Assembly: GCA_030770535.1 (NCBI GenBank)
Contig: JASVEC010000014.1
Span: 744,001 to 808,000, forward strand
From: Batkoa obscura
Taxonomy: Eukaryota
Reading direction: 5' to 3'
Length of the DNA: 64,000 bases
The first letter of the stretch is position 1. Each line of letters opens with the position of its first letter. Both the position numbers and the translations under genes were made by a program. The notes below the pieces were generated by a model, which was not told the origin of the DNA, did not search any database, and saw nothing but the letters and a program-made list of their open reading frames with translations. Shown here piece after piece: positions 25,301 through 37,083 of this stretch.

Positions 25301-27409
25301 TATCAAGCTTTGGCTGTAACCCTTGATTGGTGGATTAAAATTTGGGCTGACTCTGGAGATAAGATACCTAATGATAACACATTGAAATTGAATGATATAA
25401 GTTATTTATCATTATATAAATTATTCGTAAATCAAATATTAAGGAGTAATTTTAACTTTTTCAAAAGTTTACCAGAAGGATCTATGATCTTGTCAAAATC
25501 GACTGATGCTATTGATTATTATATAAACACATATTTAATTCTTTCCATTTTAAGTGTGTTTATTATTGGAATACAAGTCACTTATCAATACTGGGGATCC
25601 ATAAAAGCATCGCGTATGTTTCATGACTCCCTATTAAATAGTGTATTACATGCTCCAATCCGATTTTTTGAAATTACACCTATAGGCAGACTCGTTAATC
25701 GATTTTCAAAAGATATTGAAAGTATAGATCAAGAAATTATGGATTCTGGAGGTGTAATAGTCTATGAGATCCTCGCAGCAATATCTATACTTGTTTTAAT
25801 TGCTTTTACACTTCCACAATTTCTGATAGCAACTTTGGTTATTATACCAATGGTTTATTGTATTGTCCAATTCTATGTTGGTAGCTCTAGAGAAATTAAA
25901 CGAATTGAATCAACCACTAACTCTCCTATATATTCCCAAAGTGGTGAAACGCTACAAGGAGTAACAACAATCCGAGCTTATGAGCAGATTGATAGATTCG
26001 AAACTTTGATGTATGAAAAGGTTGATGATAACATAAAGAGCTTTTTTTATTTCTGTGCCGCTAATAACTGGCTTTCTATCCGGTTGGATCTTATCGGTGG
26101 GATTGTTACTTTTATTAGTGGTGTGTTACTATTATTGTTTAACGAACAACTTAATGCTGCCTTAATTGGCTTAATTTTAACTTACGCATTGAACTTTTCT
26201 TCGCATACTTTGGTACTTGTTTTATCATTTGTAGTTTTAATTTATTTAATAATATTCCTAGTGGGTTGCTCGGTTCTATTCAAACATTGAAATTGAAATG
26301 AATTCTATTGAACGAATACAAGAGTACCTTGATATACCACCTGAACCTCCTAGAAAAATACCTTCTAGTTGTCCCCCGCCCAAGGTAAGATAAGATAGTC
26401 ACTTAAGTGTATTTATTAGTTAATATCATCTTAAGTGGCCGACTGAAGGAAAAATAGAAATTAAAGACCTAGTTTTAAGCTATTCATTAGACTGTGGTCC
26501 AGTGATTAAAGGAATATCACTAAGTATAAAAGGAGGAGAAAAGATAGGGATAGTTGGGAGAACAGGTAATGTACATCTTTAATCAATATATGAACATACC
26601 AACCAAGTAATAGGAGCTGGAAAATCTACATTGGCCTTGGCCTTTTTTAGGTTTATTGATCCAGAAAGCGGCTCAATTCACATTGATGATATTGATATCC
26701 ATAAAATAGGTTTATTTGATCTACGTTCCAATCTTACTATTATTCCGCAAGATGCTACCCTATTTTCTGGTACTATAAGATCAAATTTAGACCCCTTTAA
26801 TCAATATGATGATCAACAGCTTTGGAATTCATTAAGAAGAGCACATTTGATTGAAACAGAGTCTACTACTGATCTTACTTCGTACGAAACTAGTGATATA
26901 ATTAAAAGCTTAGATCAAATAGTTACAGAAAATGGGCAAAATTTTTCACAAGGACAGCGCCAATTATTATCCCTTGCGCGTGCATTACTAAAGCAATCAA
27001 AGGTTATTATTATGGATGAAGGTACTAGTAAAGTTGTTGATTTTGATTTTGATTATAAAACTATTTTTCATAGCTACTGCTTCAGTTGACTATTCTACAG
27101 ATATTAAAATCCAAAAAACCATTCGTCAAGAGTTTTACCAGTCCACTCTGTTGTGTATTGCTCATCGGTTGAGATCCATCATTGATTTTGATAAAGTAGT
27201 CATTATGGGTAACCAAATTTATGAATATACTATAATAGTATTTTATTAACATTTTATTAGACCATGGTATAATTAAAGAATTTGATGACCCAGCTAATTT
27301 GATTCAACAAGAAGATAGCTTGTTTAGAGCAATGTGTCAGGAGTCTGGGGACTTTGAAAATTTGAAGCATATGGCCCAAAAGCGTTTTACTATTGAGGAT
27401 CAAAGTTAA
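22317..27409 (+). CDS. ABCC/MRP-type ABC transporter (YBT1/BPT1-like), multi-exon
   Basis: Main exon 22538-26290 with TMD1, NBD1 (GPTGCGKT, LSGGQKQR) and TMD2 (TPIGRLVNRFSKD); NBD2 in later exons (GRTG|AGKST, NFSQGQRQ, IAHRL); probable ATG at 22317, stop TAA 27407-27409. Confidence 0.9.
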
Positions 27410-27442
27410 AATAAAATCAAAATCAAAATCAAAATCAAAATC
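27410..27442 (+). repeat. (AAAATC)n microsatellite just after the ABC transporter stop
   Basis: AATAAAATCAAAATCAAAATCAAAATCAAAATC. Confidence 0.7.
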
Positions 27443-27779
27443 CTTAATACAGTGTAATATTTTATATATTTTCCTAAATTAAAACTAAAATTCTATTTAT
27501 ATCATAAGCAATTTAGTTTATTTTAAATTAAAATATTAATAAATACAAGTTAAAGATAAAGTTGCTTTAAAGGTTGCAAGTTTATAAAGGATACCGAAAT
27601 ACTCATAAATGATAGTTATAATATAATTATAGAGGATATTGAAATGATAATTTTTACATTAGTATAAATTCCGAGAAGATACTGTGATGGTTGTTTATGG
27701 GTAGTATTTGATAAACTACAAAGATTAACAAAGTTTTGCTAAATGGTGCTGGTTCCTTTACTACATGGTGAATAGTTCT

Positions 27780-29150
27780 AGTGGATTTTATTCTGTTTTT
27801 TTACATAACAGTTTTATTGAGTCCTTGAACACTACTTTCATTATCTTTATTTTCAGCTCCAGCCTTAGTTGATTTTAGTTTACTTCTTCAAGACATCTGT
27901 ATTTCACTGCTATATTTAATAGATACAGGCCCAACTGCTTTTTTTATGGATTTTCCTTTCTTGTTTACTAACATAAATAATGCCTTTTCACCCTCATTAC
28001 TTATTATACTAGGGTTTATTATATCAAATTTCTTTGTCTCTCAGTTTCGTCTTTAGTTAGTTCACCGCAACTCTTTGTACCTGTTTCTTTGCATTTACAA
28101 TCTTTTCAAATCCATTCCTTTGTTTTTGGATGATTCCTTCTGTACTGCTATATTTGATAGATAAATGTTCTACTGCTTCCCTTATATTCGTTTTACCTTC
28201 AGCTACCAATTTAATTAAGCTCTTTTTCGTCTCATTAGAAACACGAGTTAGCTTTTATGGAACGATCTTTTTCAATATGATTTCTACTTCTAGGATGATT
28301 TTTTCATGCGCTTCCATATTTGCTTTTCTTAAAACTTTTTCTAATCTCTGTCTCTCTTGACAAGTTAGATATTCTGCACAATAACAATTAATAGATAACT
28401 CTTTTACTGCTTCATTTATATTCATTTTTTTCTGTATTGTTAATTTAATTAAACCATCTGTATTACCATTGTTTACCACAGTTACTTTCCAAAAGTTATT
28501 AAAAAACAGCGTTTTTTTTTCTTTTTGCTTGTTTATCTCATCTTCCATTTGCTTACATACTTTGACCTGCATTTACTTATGCAATTCATTTTGTGTTTGT
28601 ACCCTTTTTTTTAGCATTTGTTACACCTTTTGTTGTATCAGCTTCACTCAAAATAGCATCTAATGCATTGCTATAATTTACAGATAAGAATTTTGCTGCT
28701 TTTTTATGCTCATCTGTTATTCAATTACTATTTTATTAAGCTATTTTTAGTTTCATCGATTGTTTTAGTTCCTTTCCAAAAGGCAATAAGATCTTTTACT
28801 TGTTTTTTGTGTTTGTTGGTTTCTTTTTATATATTTTTTCTGAGTCCATCTCTTTTTTGTTCATCTATTTCATTTGCATCTGTCTTATGTCTTCTAATAT
28901 GATGTCCTTTCTAAACCCTTTTTTCGTAAAGAATAATATGGGCTACATCATATTAGTTGATGGAAGCTTTGCTGCTCCATCTATAAGGCTTCCTTGTTCA
29001 ACTACTAGTTCGTATAAAGTCCGTTTGACTCACTATTGATATCGTCAGATGCTAACGCACCGCTATGCCTCAGTTTTTTGGAATACTGTTCACTTATTTC
29101 TATCACGAAATTGGGATTTTTTCCTCGTTTACTCATCATAACATGATTTT
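27780..29150 (-). pseudogene. Decayed, intronless Lys/Glu-rich coding relic (possibly a TE remnant)
   Basis: Strong purine skew on the minus strand; protein-like fragments (ORF 28255-28572; VKRTLYELVVEQGSLIDGAAKLPSTN; DEHKKAAKFLSVNYSNALDAILSEAD) broken by stops and frameshifts. Confidence 0.4.
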
Positions 29151-29503
29151 AAGTGATACTACCTTTTAGCTTGTTAAGGTCCTGTCTGTTTGTTTTTTGT
29201 AAGATTTGGATATGAAACAAAAAGGGAAACATTTAGTTCTAGAGTAGTGATTAAATTTTTAGTTTTAGCTGATTATTGCAAAATTGGTCATAATTTGTTG
29301 TCCATTTCTATAACCTAAAGTTTAAAAAACTCTATTAGTCAAGACTCTAGCAAAAAAGCACTATCTAATTGTTTTTATAAAGCAAACATACATTTAAATA
29401 TTAATGGTGTTAATTAGTGTAATCTTAAATTATAATAGTATTAAAAAATAATAAAGACAAAAAACCAAGCAGATAAAAAACCAACTTATCTTTCAATAAA
29501 CAT

Positions 29504-30542
29504 TTAATTTTTAGTAGCTATCGCTAAATAATTGACAGGAAACTGAGTATTTATGAGATCCATTAAATCACTATTAGGCTGGGCAGGAAAGATAGAATTT
29601 CCTGTTAACCAAGCATTTTTTAATGGGTTATAGTGAATACTAGTAACGTTATTCAGCTCTAGTCCCGATTGCCTGATAAATCCAGCTAATTCATTAGGAG
29701 TAACATACTTATTATAATCGTGGGTACCGATTGGAGTTAATTTTAAAAAATATTCCGCCATAAAAATAGTTAAGAAGTGAGATAAGGCATTTCTATTGAT
29801 TGTAGACAAAAATATTTTTCCATCTTTCTTGACTAATTGACTTAGTGAATTCATAAAATCTTGGGGACTATTGACGTGTTCAATGACTTCAAAGGAACAT
29901 ACATGATCAAAATAGCCCTCTCCCTTCTCCTCTAATAATTGATCTAAATAAATTAGATGAATTCATAGGATCATTTTTTAATTTCATTGCATAAAAACTT
30001 ACGACTTGTTTTGCTATAATAAGTTAATCTATCCGGAGTATCATTCAATAAAGGATCTTTTAATTTATGTAAGTTGGCAATAGCGATATTTTTTTCTGAA
30101 GCATCAACTCCAGTGACTTTGGCCCCTAATCTAGCTAATGACTGTTTTTCAATTTATTAGAAAAAATCAATAAATTTGAAATATTTTAATTTACCTCACT
30201 TAATAACCCACCCCCACACCCTACATCTAAAATTTTCAAACCCTTTAAAGGTAACTTATCTCTAATAGATACTTGATCTTCTAAATTATTGATCGTTTTT
30301 AAATTGTTTAAAATGTATTCTACTCGAGGCAAATTCATTTGATGTAATAATTTAAAGTTTCCATAAGGTGACCACCATTCTGCACTCATAGCTCCAAATT
30401 TTTCAACTTCTTCAGCATTAATCGTGATATTGCTATTGGTTTTTGATGATGTTGTACGTGTCCATCGAGCACTTGCTAATTTTGATAAATTTATTTTGGG
30501 TCCAGTTTTTATTAATTTTGATAAAAAATTCCCTTTCATCAT
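29504..30542 (-). CDS. COQ3: Ubiquinone biosynthesis O-methyltransferase (UbiG/Coq3), multi-exon
   Basis: EEVEKFGAMSAEWW...LHQMNLPRV, ILDVGCGGGLLSE, SFEVIEHV, STINR, PIGTHDYNKYVTP; Arg/Lys/Ser-rich mitochondrial presequence. Confidence 0.92.
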
Positions 30543-30683
30543 TTTAAATTTTTTATTTGTAAAAATAATAAAAGTAGTAAATTCGATTGACTTGAAATTT
30601 AGCTTAGATTTTAAAGCTCATTTTTAAAACGAGAGTTTATTGAAATCTCTATTCTCTCTCTTAAAAAATTAAGATTAAAATCA

Positions 30684-32372
30684 ATGAATCAATATTTTCA
30701 AAGACAAAATTTACGTAATCCTTACTTTAATACTAAAAACTGGTTAAATAGTGATGAATCATCAAGTGAAGAGACTACATCGGAGTAAATATTTCATCTC
30801 TTTAATTTGTTTAGTTATTAATCTTGATAAAACTTAAAGTTCCGAGGAAGAAACTTCTTTCAATAGTAGAAAAAAACAAGCTAAAATAAGTAAGTTTATT
30901 TAACAATTTAATACAGTAAACAAATTAATCAGTATTTATCAAGTTTTACAACTCAAATTAAAACAACAACAAATATTGATTGCGGAAAGACAAGAAGAAT
31001 TTATCAAAAAGAATGGGTTAAAAAAAAGGATAATTCATCGAAAAATTATTATCTTATGGGAAAATATAATAAACTGTTGGACTTCTAGTGAAGGAATAAT
31101 TGGTTGGGATAATTTATATCAAAGTATATTTTTGTTTTTACTATCAATTTCTTTTTATATTAAATGTAATTAGGTTTCTTATACATCTCAAACTGGATAA
31201 AAAAATGTCCCTTAATTACTTTTTCTGGACCTTTAAAACCTGCTTTAATTCGACTGCTTTTAAACTTACAAATAATTAGTTGTAAAGATAGGGTAGGTAT
31301 GGAAGATGACAGCAATAATAGTAAAGAAGCTAAAATAATTCAACAATTAAATCAAGAAGTTGATGAAATCATAAAAAGAGAAAAAGAAAGTATTAAGTTT
31401 TATAAATCGGTAAGAATAAACATTATTATAATCTCATTTTTTATTCATGTTAATGCTAATAGATAAAGCTACCATTTGATAAATTAAACAATACATTTTG
31501 GTTAAGAATAGAGGAATATTTATTAGTTAGCCCCAATTACGTATTGAACTTAAGTAATATGGGACTTAAAAAATTAATGTGTGAAATGTATGATTTTGAA
31601 TTAATACTACAATATTATTCGAAGTTTGATACCTTAAATATAAATTTATATGATATAAAGAATGTGCAATACATCAATCTATCTTTTAATAAACTTAAAG
31701 GTATATAACAATAATAATAAATATATATATTTAAAAACATTAATAATAGATATCCCTGACCCCTATTTTAGTTTAACGAAATTCAGCGGCCTATTGGGAT
31801 TATTTTTAGATGGTAACAAAATCAAAACAATAAGCCCAAGCTTATTAAGTAGTAAAAATTTACAATTGATAACAGGCTGTGATAAAACAAATCGTAATTT
31901 TTTATCATTTGAAAAGAAAGTGAATTTTTTAAAAAAAATTGATCCAAAAGCAATTAAAACATATCCACTAACATTATTTGAATTAGCTATTAATAAAATC
32001 ACATATTCTCAATTAAATGAAGTCAAGAAGTATATGTCTCCTAGGTTAGTGAAGCTAATGAAGAATAGTGGTCATTGTGAAGTATGTAAAAGGGTTGTCG
32101 TGAATAAAGAAGATAATAATTTAAGCACATATTCTCAATATTTGGATGCTAAAGTATTTATTGATTATTCCGAATTTTCCTTTTGTTCATTGAAAACGAG
32201 TAATCAATTAAATTGCAATAATATCAGTTTGGTTTATCTACCACTATTAAGAAGATTTTGTTTGACTTGTTATTATTATCATATATTTAATTCATATGGT
32301 TTTAAACTTAAAGCATGTCGTTGTTTAACTTGTAAAAAAGCCAAAGCCTTTTCAACCTTAAAAGAGCTTTAG
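30684..32372 (+). CDS. Hypothetical multi-exon protein with leucine-rich-repeat-like segments and a Cys-rich C-terminus
   Basis: ATG at 30684 and several short GT..AG introns; LRR-like LNLSNMGL and LFLDGNKIKTI; PLTLFELA followed by CEVC, CLTC, CRCLTC. Confidence 0.5.
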
Positions 32373-33399
32373 TATGAGAGAGCTAAGATAATTAATTATA
32401 ACAAATAAAGATACACTGTTGCGGTTTTTTGGTTTATAATCATTTTGTCCTTGTTAACAGTGGAAATGTTTAGATTATTATTTTAGTGAATATATTTAAA
32501 TGGTTTTATAAAGTTGTAATGTAATTAAAATTAGTATTTTGTATTCTATTTTTAAAATAATAAAACAAGTGAATATTAAGTTTTAAGGGGAAGTCAAAAA
32601 TGGCTAAAAAAGTTTAATCAAAAACAAGATTATTAAAAAATTAATAATCAAAACATTGGAATAAATTTAGTAAGTTTTCGAAATTTTATTATCCCTTTGT
32701 TATTCTTTTATTTTATTTATATTTCAATCTATTTAAGCTTTTGTTGAGGATTAAATAAGTTATTTATATTTATACCCCTTTTTATTGATAAGCTGGTTAT
32801 TAATTAATGAATTGATGTATATAAATGTACTCTATTTATATTAAATAATATGGATTAAAACTGTATATCATAGTTTATTTATAATAATAAAATTTTATAA
32901 TTTCCATAGTATTTAAAAGATACAATCTTCAGAGATAAAATAAAATCGTTAATCTCTATTATAAAAGCAACTATGTTCTACACAAGGCTAATAAAAAGAA
33001 TTCTAAACCCCCGTATTCCTGCCCTTATCAAGAAACCTTTATTATAAATACAATAATAAAACCAAAAATATTATCTTTTGTTATATGCAACTAATTTTCT
33101 GTTATAAAATAATAATAATTGACTACCACGAGATAAAATGAACATTAATTTTTTTTAAAATATGAACATTTGGATATTAACGCCTCGTAAAGTGGGGAAA
33201 TTCTATTTCTAGAAACAGCTCAAGTTTGAGTTAAACATTTTTAGTAACTAAAATTTATTGATGTTTAGGATTTGAGATAATAATAATGAAATAGTAATAA
33301 TAATATTCTTAACATTCTTATAACTGTTATTATTATATTATACTATAATAATATGAATTACAAAATTAACAATACTATTGAATAATTATTACTATAATT

Positions 33400-33414
33400 T
33401 ATAAAAAGGAGCTA
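33400..33414 (+). promoter_or_regulatory. TATA-box-like motif TATAAAAAGGAGCTA upstream of the GPCR gene
   Basis: Same 13-mer at 40912 and 58190; probable 5'UTR intron at ~33679-33736 (GTAAGT...TTTAG). Confidence 0.35.
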
Positions 33415-33820
33415 TCAATAGATTTATTTTAAGTTTTAAATTTAACGGTTATAAAAAAAGATAACTTATGACAATTAACCTCCACTCATTAACTACGTTT
33501 AAGGAATCAAGTAAACAACACCCACCCTAAATTTTATCAGTAGATTTTTGTTGCCTTAGTAATAAAATTTTATGTCTCTTTTTTATTAAATTTCTTTTAT
33601 TTTTTTATAATTATTATCTCTCTCTTTACCTTTTAATTTATTAAAACTTTTTCTTTTTTTTTAAATATTTTTTAAAATGTAAGTGTTTATTAAATTTATC
33701 ATTAGAACTATAACTCACTAATTTTATATTCTTTAGTTATATTAAAAAAATATTCGAATTGCTGGTGCAATTTATTAACAACAACTATCAACATCTAAAT
33801 TTTAGAATATATTAACAAGC

Positions 33821-35392
33821 ATGTCTGAGACTTCAAAAGTAGAAGAGATAACATTTGATTTAGTATTAAACACAGTCAATAGTGTTTCTTTGGTGGGGGC
33901 GATTTTTGTAATGAGTGTAGTCACATTGAGTAGTTATTATAATTGTAATGCAGCTAAACGATTATCGTTTCGATTAAGTATGTGGATAGCATTTGCTGAT
34001 GCTATATTTTGTTGTATGTCTTATCTAAGTGTGGATCCCGTAAAAAGGATATTAGAGTGTAATATAATTAATGCAGTAGGTTATATAAGTAACTTAACCT
34101 TAATTTTTTTAACTGTTTGTATGGCTTTTAATTTACAAATGGTGTTTGTAAAACAACAGCATAATCCTAGATTAACAGAGAAATTTTATGTAACCACTTC
34201 CTTTTTAGCTGCTTTTATTATTATTGTACCATTTACTGTCATTGCTATCGCTATGGATTCATGTACTATATTTCCTTTAGTACAATTGCCTTATAATTTA
34301 ATTTTCTTTTGGATAATGATTGGAATTTGGGAAGTAGTTGGTGTACTTTATTGTAGTATTACTATTATTAAAGTAGTTTTAAAATTAACTCGTTTTCACG
34401 ATGATATTGCTACTTTACAACAAGGTGGAGCTTCACCAACAGTAGATCGTATAAGTGATAGTATACAATCTAGAGTAGAACAAGTAGTCCGTAGACTTAT
34501 TTTTTACCCCTTGATACCAGTCTTAACTCAATCTCCTTATGTAATTGCAGCTAATTTAAGTTTAATTAATGGTAAAAAAACATTATTAGAGAGATATATT
34601 TATTATGTGCCTTCTTATTCAGCTGGTATATTAAACGCAGTTGTATTTTTATTTGATCCGGCTTTACCAGAGATTTGGAAAGATTTTAAAACATTTATGA
34701 TAAGAAAGTATTATTTAAAGCCATTAACTAAAGGAGAACTTGGAGAATCAACTAGATTTTCTAAATTCATGTCTAAAATAGTTTATAAATTCTTAATTAA
34801 AAATCAACAGAATAATGAAAATGAAGGATTTAGATTAAGTAAAACATCCCATTCTTTTTTACATAATGGACTAGTATTAGTACCACCAGAATTAGCAATG
34901 TCCCATCATCATCAACCATCAAACGGTAGTATATCTATTACAGACCAGTTGCCATTTTCTGAATTTCAATTAAAATCAAATTCTATTATTTCCGATAAAT
35001 ATTTAAATAATGAAATTAATGTGCCTCCCATTAATTTACCAGATTATAAAACATCCCAATTAGATTATTCTTGTGATCATTCTAGATCAAATTCTAATTT
35101 ATCTTCTTTACATCAATTGTCAAGAGATAATTCATTAAGATCTATAAACTCAGTTAATAATCAACAACAACAATACTCATCTTCTGGTTTAACAACTCAG
35201 ATTAATTCAAATTCTACATTCCATGAACAATTAATTGATCGTCAAAGTTTACGTTCTTATGATCATATATCTGTAACAAACCGTAATAATAATCGTACAA
35301 TGGACCAAACTTCTTTAAGATCAAGATCTTCTTTTTATTCCACTACTTCTACTCATGATTTAGATCAAAATCAAGTTACTTTATTATTATAA
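33821..35392 (+). CDS. 7-TM G-protein-coupled receptor-like protein (cAMP receptor/Git3-like) with long Ser-rich C-tail
   Basis: 523-aa ORF with about seven hydrophobic segments; RLSFRLSMWIAFAD, CMAFNL, VVRRLIFYPLI, GILNAVVFLFDP. Confidence 0.75.
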   Translation: MSETSKVEEITFDLVLNTVNSVSLVGAIFVMSVVTLSSYYNCNAAKRLSFRLSMWIAFADAIFCCMSYLSVDPVKRILECNIINAVGYISNLTLIFLTVCMAFNLQMVFVKQQHNPRLTEKFYVTTSFLAAFIIIVPFTVIAIAMDSCTIFPLVQLPYNLIFFWIMIGIWEVVGVLYCSITIIKVVLKLTRFHDDIATLQQGGASPTVDRISDSIQSRVEQVVRRLIFYPLIPVLTQSPYVIAANLSLINGKKTLLERYIYYVPSYSAGILNAVVFLFDPALPEIWKDFKTFMIRKYYLKPLTKGELGESTRFSKFMSKIVYKFLIKNQQNNENEGFRLSKTSHSFLHNGLVLVPPELAMSHHHQPSNGSISITDQLPFSEFQLKSNSIISDKYLNNEINVPPINLPDYKTSQLDYSCDHSRSNSNLSSLHQLSRDNSLRSINSVNNQQQQYSSSGLTTQINSNSTFHEQLIDRQSLRSYDHISVTNRNNNRTMDQTSLRSRSSFYSTTSTHDLDQNQVTLLL

Positions 35393-35623
35393 TATTCATT
35401 TGGATTATTTTTGTATAGGAATTAAAAAAGATAACATTATTTTTTAGGTTGTTTGAATTATAATTTTGGTTTAATGAATTGTTATAGCTTTTTTAATATC
35501 TTTATCTATAAATTGAATATGTCATATGTTAAATATTGCTATTTAAATCTTTATTTTTTATATCTCTACTTTTTATATTTATATTAACAATAATAAAATA
35601 CATTTTATATTAATTTTAATGTT

Positions 35624-35721
35624 TGGGAGCGTTTTTTTCGGCTTCATTATTTTTTTCATCTTTTAAGCGCTATTTGAGTGGAAAACTTGTTAGTAAAATT
35701 CTTAAAAAAAATATATCCCCA
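35624..35721 (-). mobile_element. MITE-like repeat, copy 8 (inverted)
   Basis: TGGGAGCGTT...AAGCGCTATTTGAGTGGAA...ATATCCCCA. Confidence 0.8.
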
Positions 35722-36495
35722 TTTATTAATTTCGCCTCCAAATTACCCATAAAGTACTAATAAAATATTATAAATCTCTCCCTATTGTAGAACTAAAATT
35801 CTCCTATAAATTTCATTTCTGCTTAATTTTTATAAATCTATCAGTTCTTTTTACCCACGATTTTCAGCCATGAAAAAGCTTTATAAATTCCCAGTATCAA
35901 ACTTAACTTTATAGATTCCAATTTTCAATATCGATATCATCTTGTTTATAAATTACACAAAGAGACTCTTAAAATTCAAATATGCATTGTTTAACCCTAA
36001 TTCACTTAAAAATGGATTGAGTATTATCAATTCGGTATTTGCTAAATATAAAAAATCATGTGCACAAATCAGTAAACATGAAATGAAAATGCTCAATCTA
36101 TGTCTAAAGTAAATTAGAGTAAGACATTGTACGTTTGAACATATGCAGCTGTAAGTAGTTAAAGATAAGCATAGAATCAACACATGTAATGAAATTCTAG
36201 TTAGAATTTTTAAACTAGAATTTAGTTTTAAATTTGATATTTAAGTGAGATTTTATTATATTAACTTTATATGATTAGTTTTTTATTTTTATTAAAACAG
36301 TAAAAGTATAACTTTTCAATAACTCCTTTTTTGATATGAAGTGGAGTTTATTCTACAAATAAATTTACAATTTTAACTAGTAAAACTTAAAGCACTTTTA
36401 CAAGGGTATAACGCTAATCTTGCTTTTTGGAGAAAAAAAACAATAGTTATTGGTTACAATACTAAATAATTGAGTATGTAAAAATAAACACTATT

Positions 36496-36595
36496 TGAGG
36501 CTGTTTTTTTTAGTTTCATTATTTTTCCATTTTTTAGGTGCTATTTATGTGGAAAAATTGTCAGTAAAATTCTTAAATACAAAAATACATCCCCA
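36496..36595 (-). mobile_element. MITE-like repeat, copy 9 (inverted)
   Basis: TGAGGCTGTT...GTGCTATTTATGTGGAA...ACATCCCCA. Confidence 0.8.
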
Positions 36596-36656
36596 TTTGA
36601 AAGTAAAAATAATTTGGTGCTACACTTTATTACCTTTGCCACTGACTTTAATTATA

Positions 36657-36752
36657 TGGGGATGTTTTTTGGTTTCATTACCTTTTTCACCTTTTAAGTG
36701 CTATTTGAGCGGAACATTGTTAGTGAAATTATTGAACAAAAATACATCCCCA
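36657..36752 (-). mobile_element. MITE-like repeat, copy 10 (inverted)
   Basis: TATA-TGGGGATGT...ACATCCCCA-TATA, perfect 13-bp inverted ends including flanks. Confidence 0.85.
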
Positions 36753-37083
36753 TATAATGCAAGTTTACTTATGTTACATTTTTATAGATGTAAACAAGTT
36801 GAATTTTAATTTTTAAAAAAAATGCTCACTTAATTTTTTTTACATAAATGATAGATTTTTAAATAGTTACTATTTATAATGTCGAATTCCAGCTTTTTTG
36901 AGTTATCAATAAACTTATTATTTTAACAACACTTCAAAAATAGAGTCATTATAAATAAATAAAACTTGAACTTGATAAACTGGGATCCCATTCAATAAAA
37001 AATATATATCCTTTTATTTTAAAAAATAGTATATAAACCATTGACTTCCTTGAGTACCAGTCAACTTTAAACCTTATACAAAC

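Noticed and set aside
28130..29039. Hydrophobic Phe/Leu-rich plus-strand ORFs
   Set aside because: Antisense of the A-rich minus-strand relic; not credible membrane proteins.
31662..32372. CxxC motifs as a Fanzor/TnpB zinc finger
   Set aside because: No RuvC I/II/III motifs; context is an intron-containing LRR-like gene.
35953..36183. 76-aa minus-strand ORF
   Set aside because: No recognisable motif; short, in AT-rich intergenic DNA between MITEs.
36495..36809. 104-aa ORF (also 50333-50611 and 57490-57681) with a shared GxFF...YLSG.IVS.IL.HK motif
   Set aside because: These are translations of the ~100-bp MITE, singly or in pairs, not a protein family.
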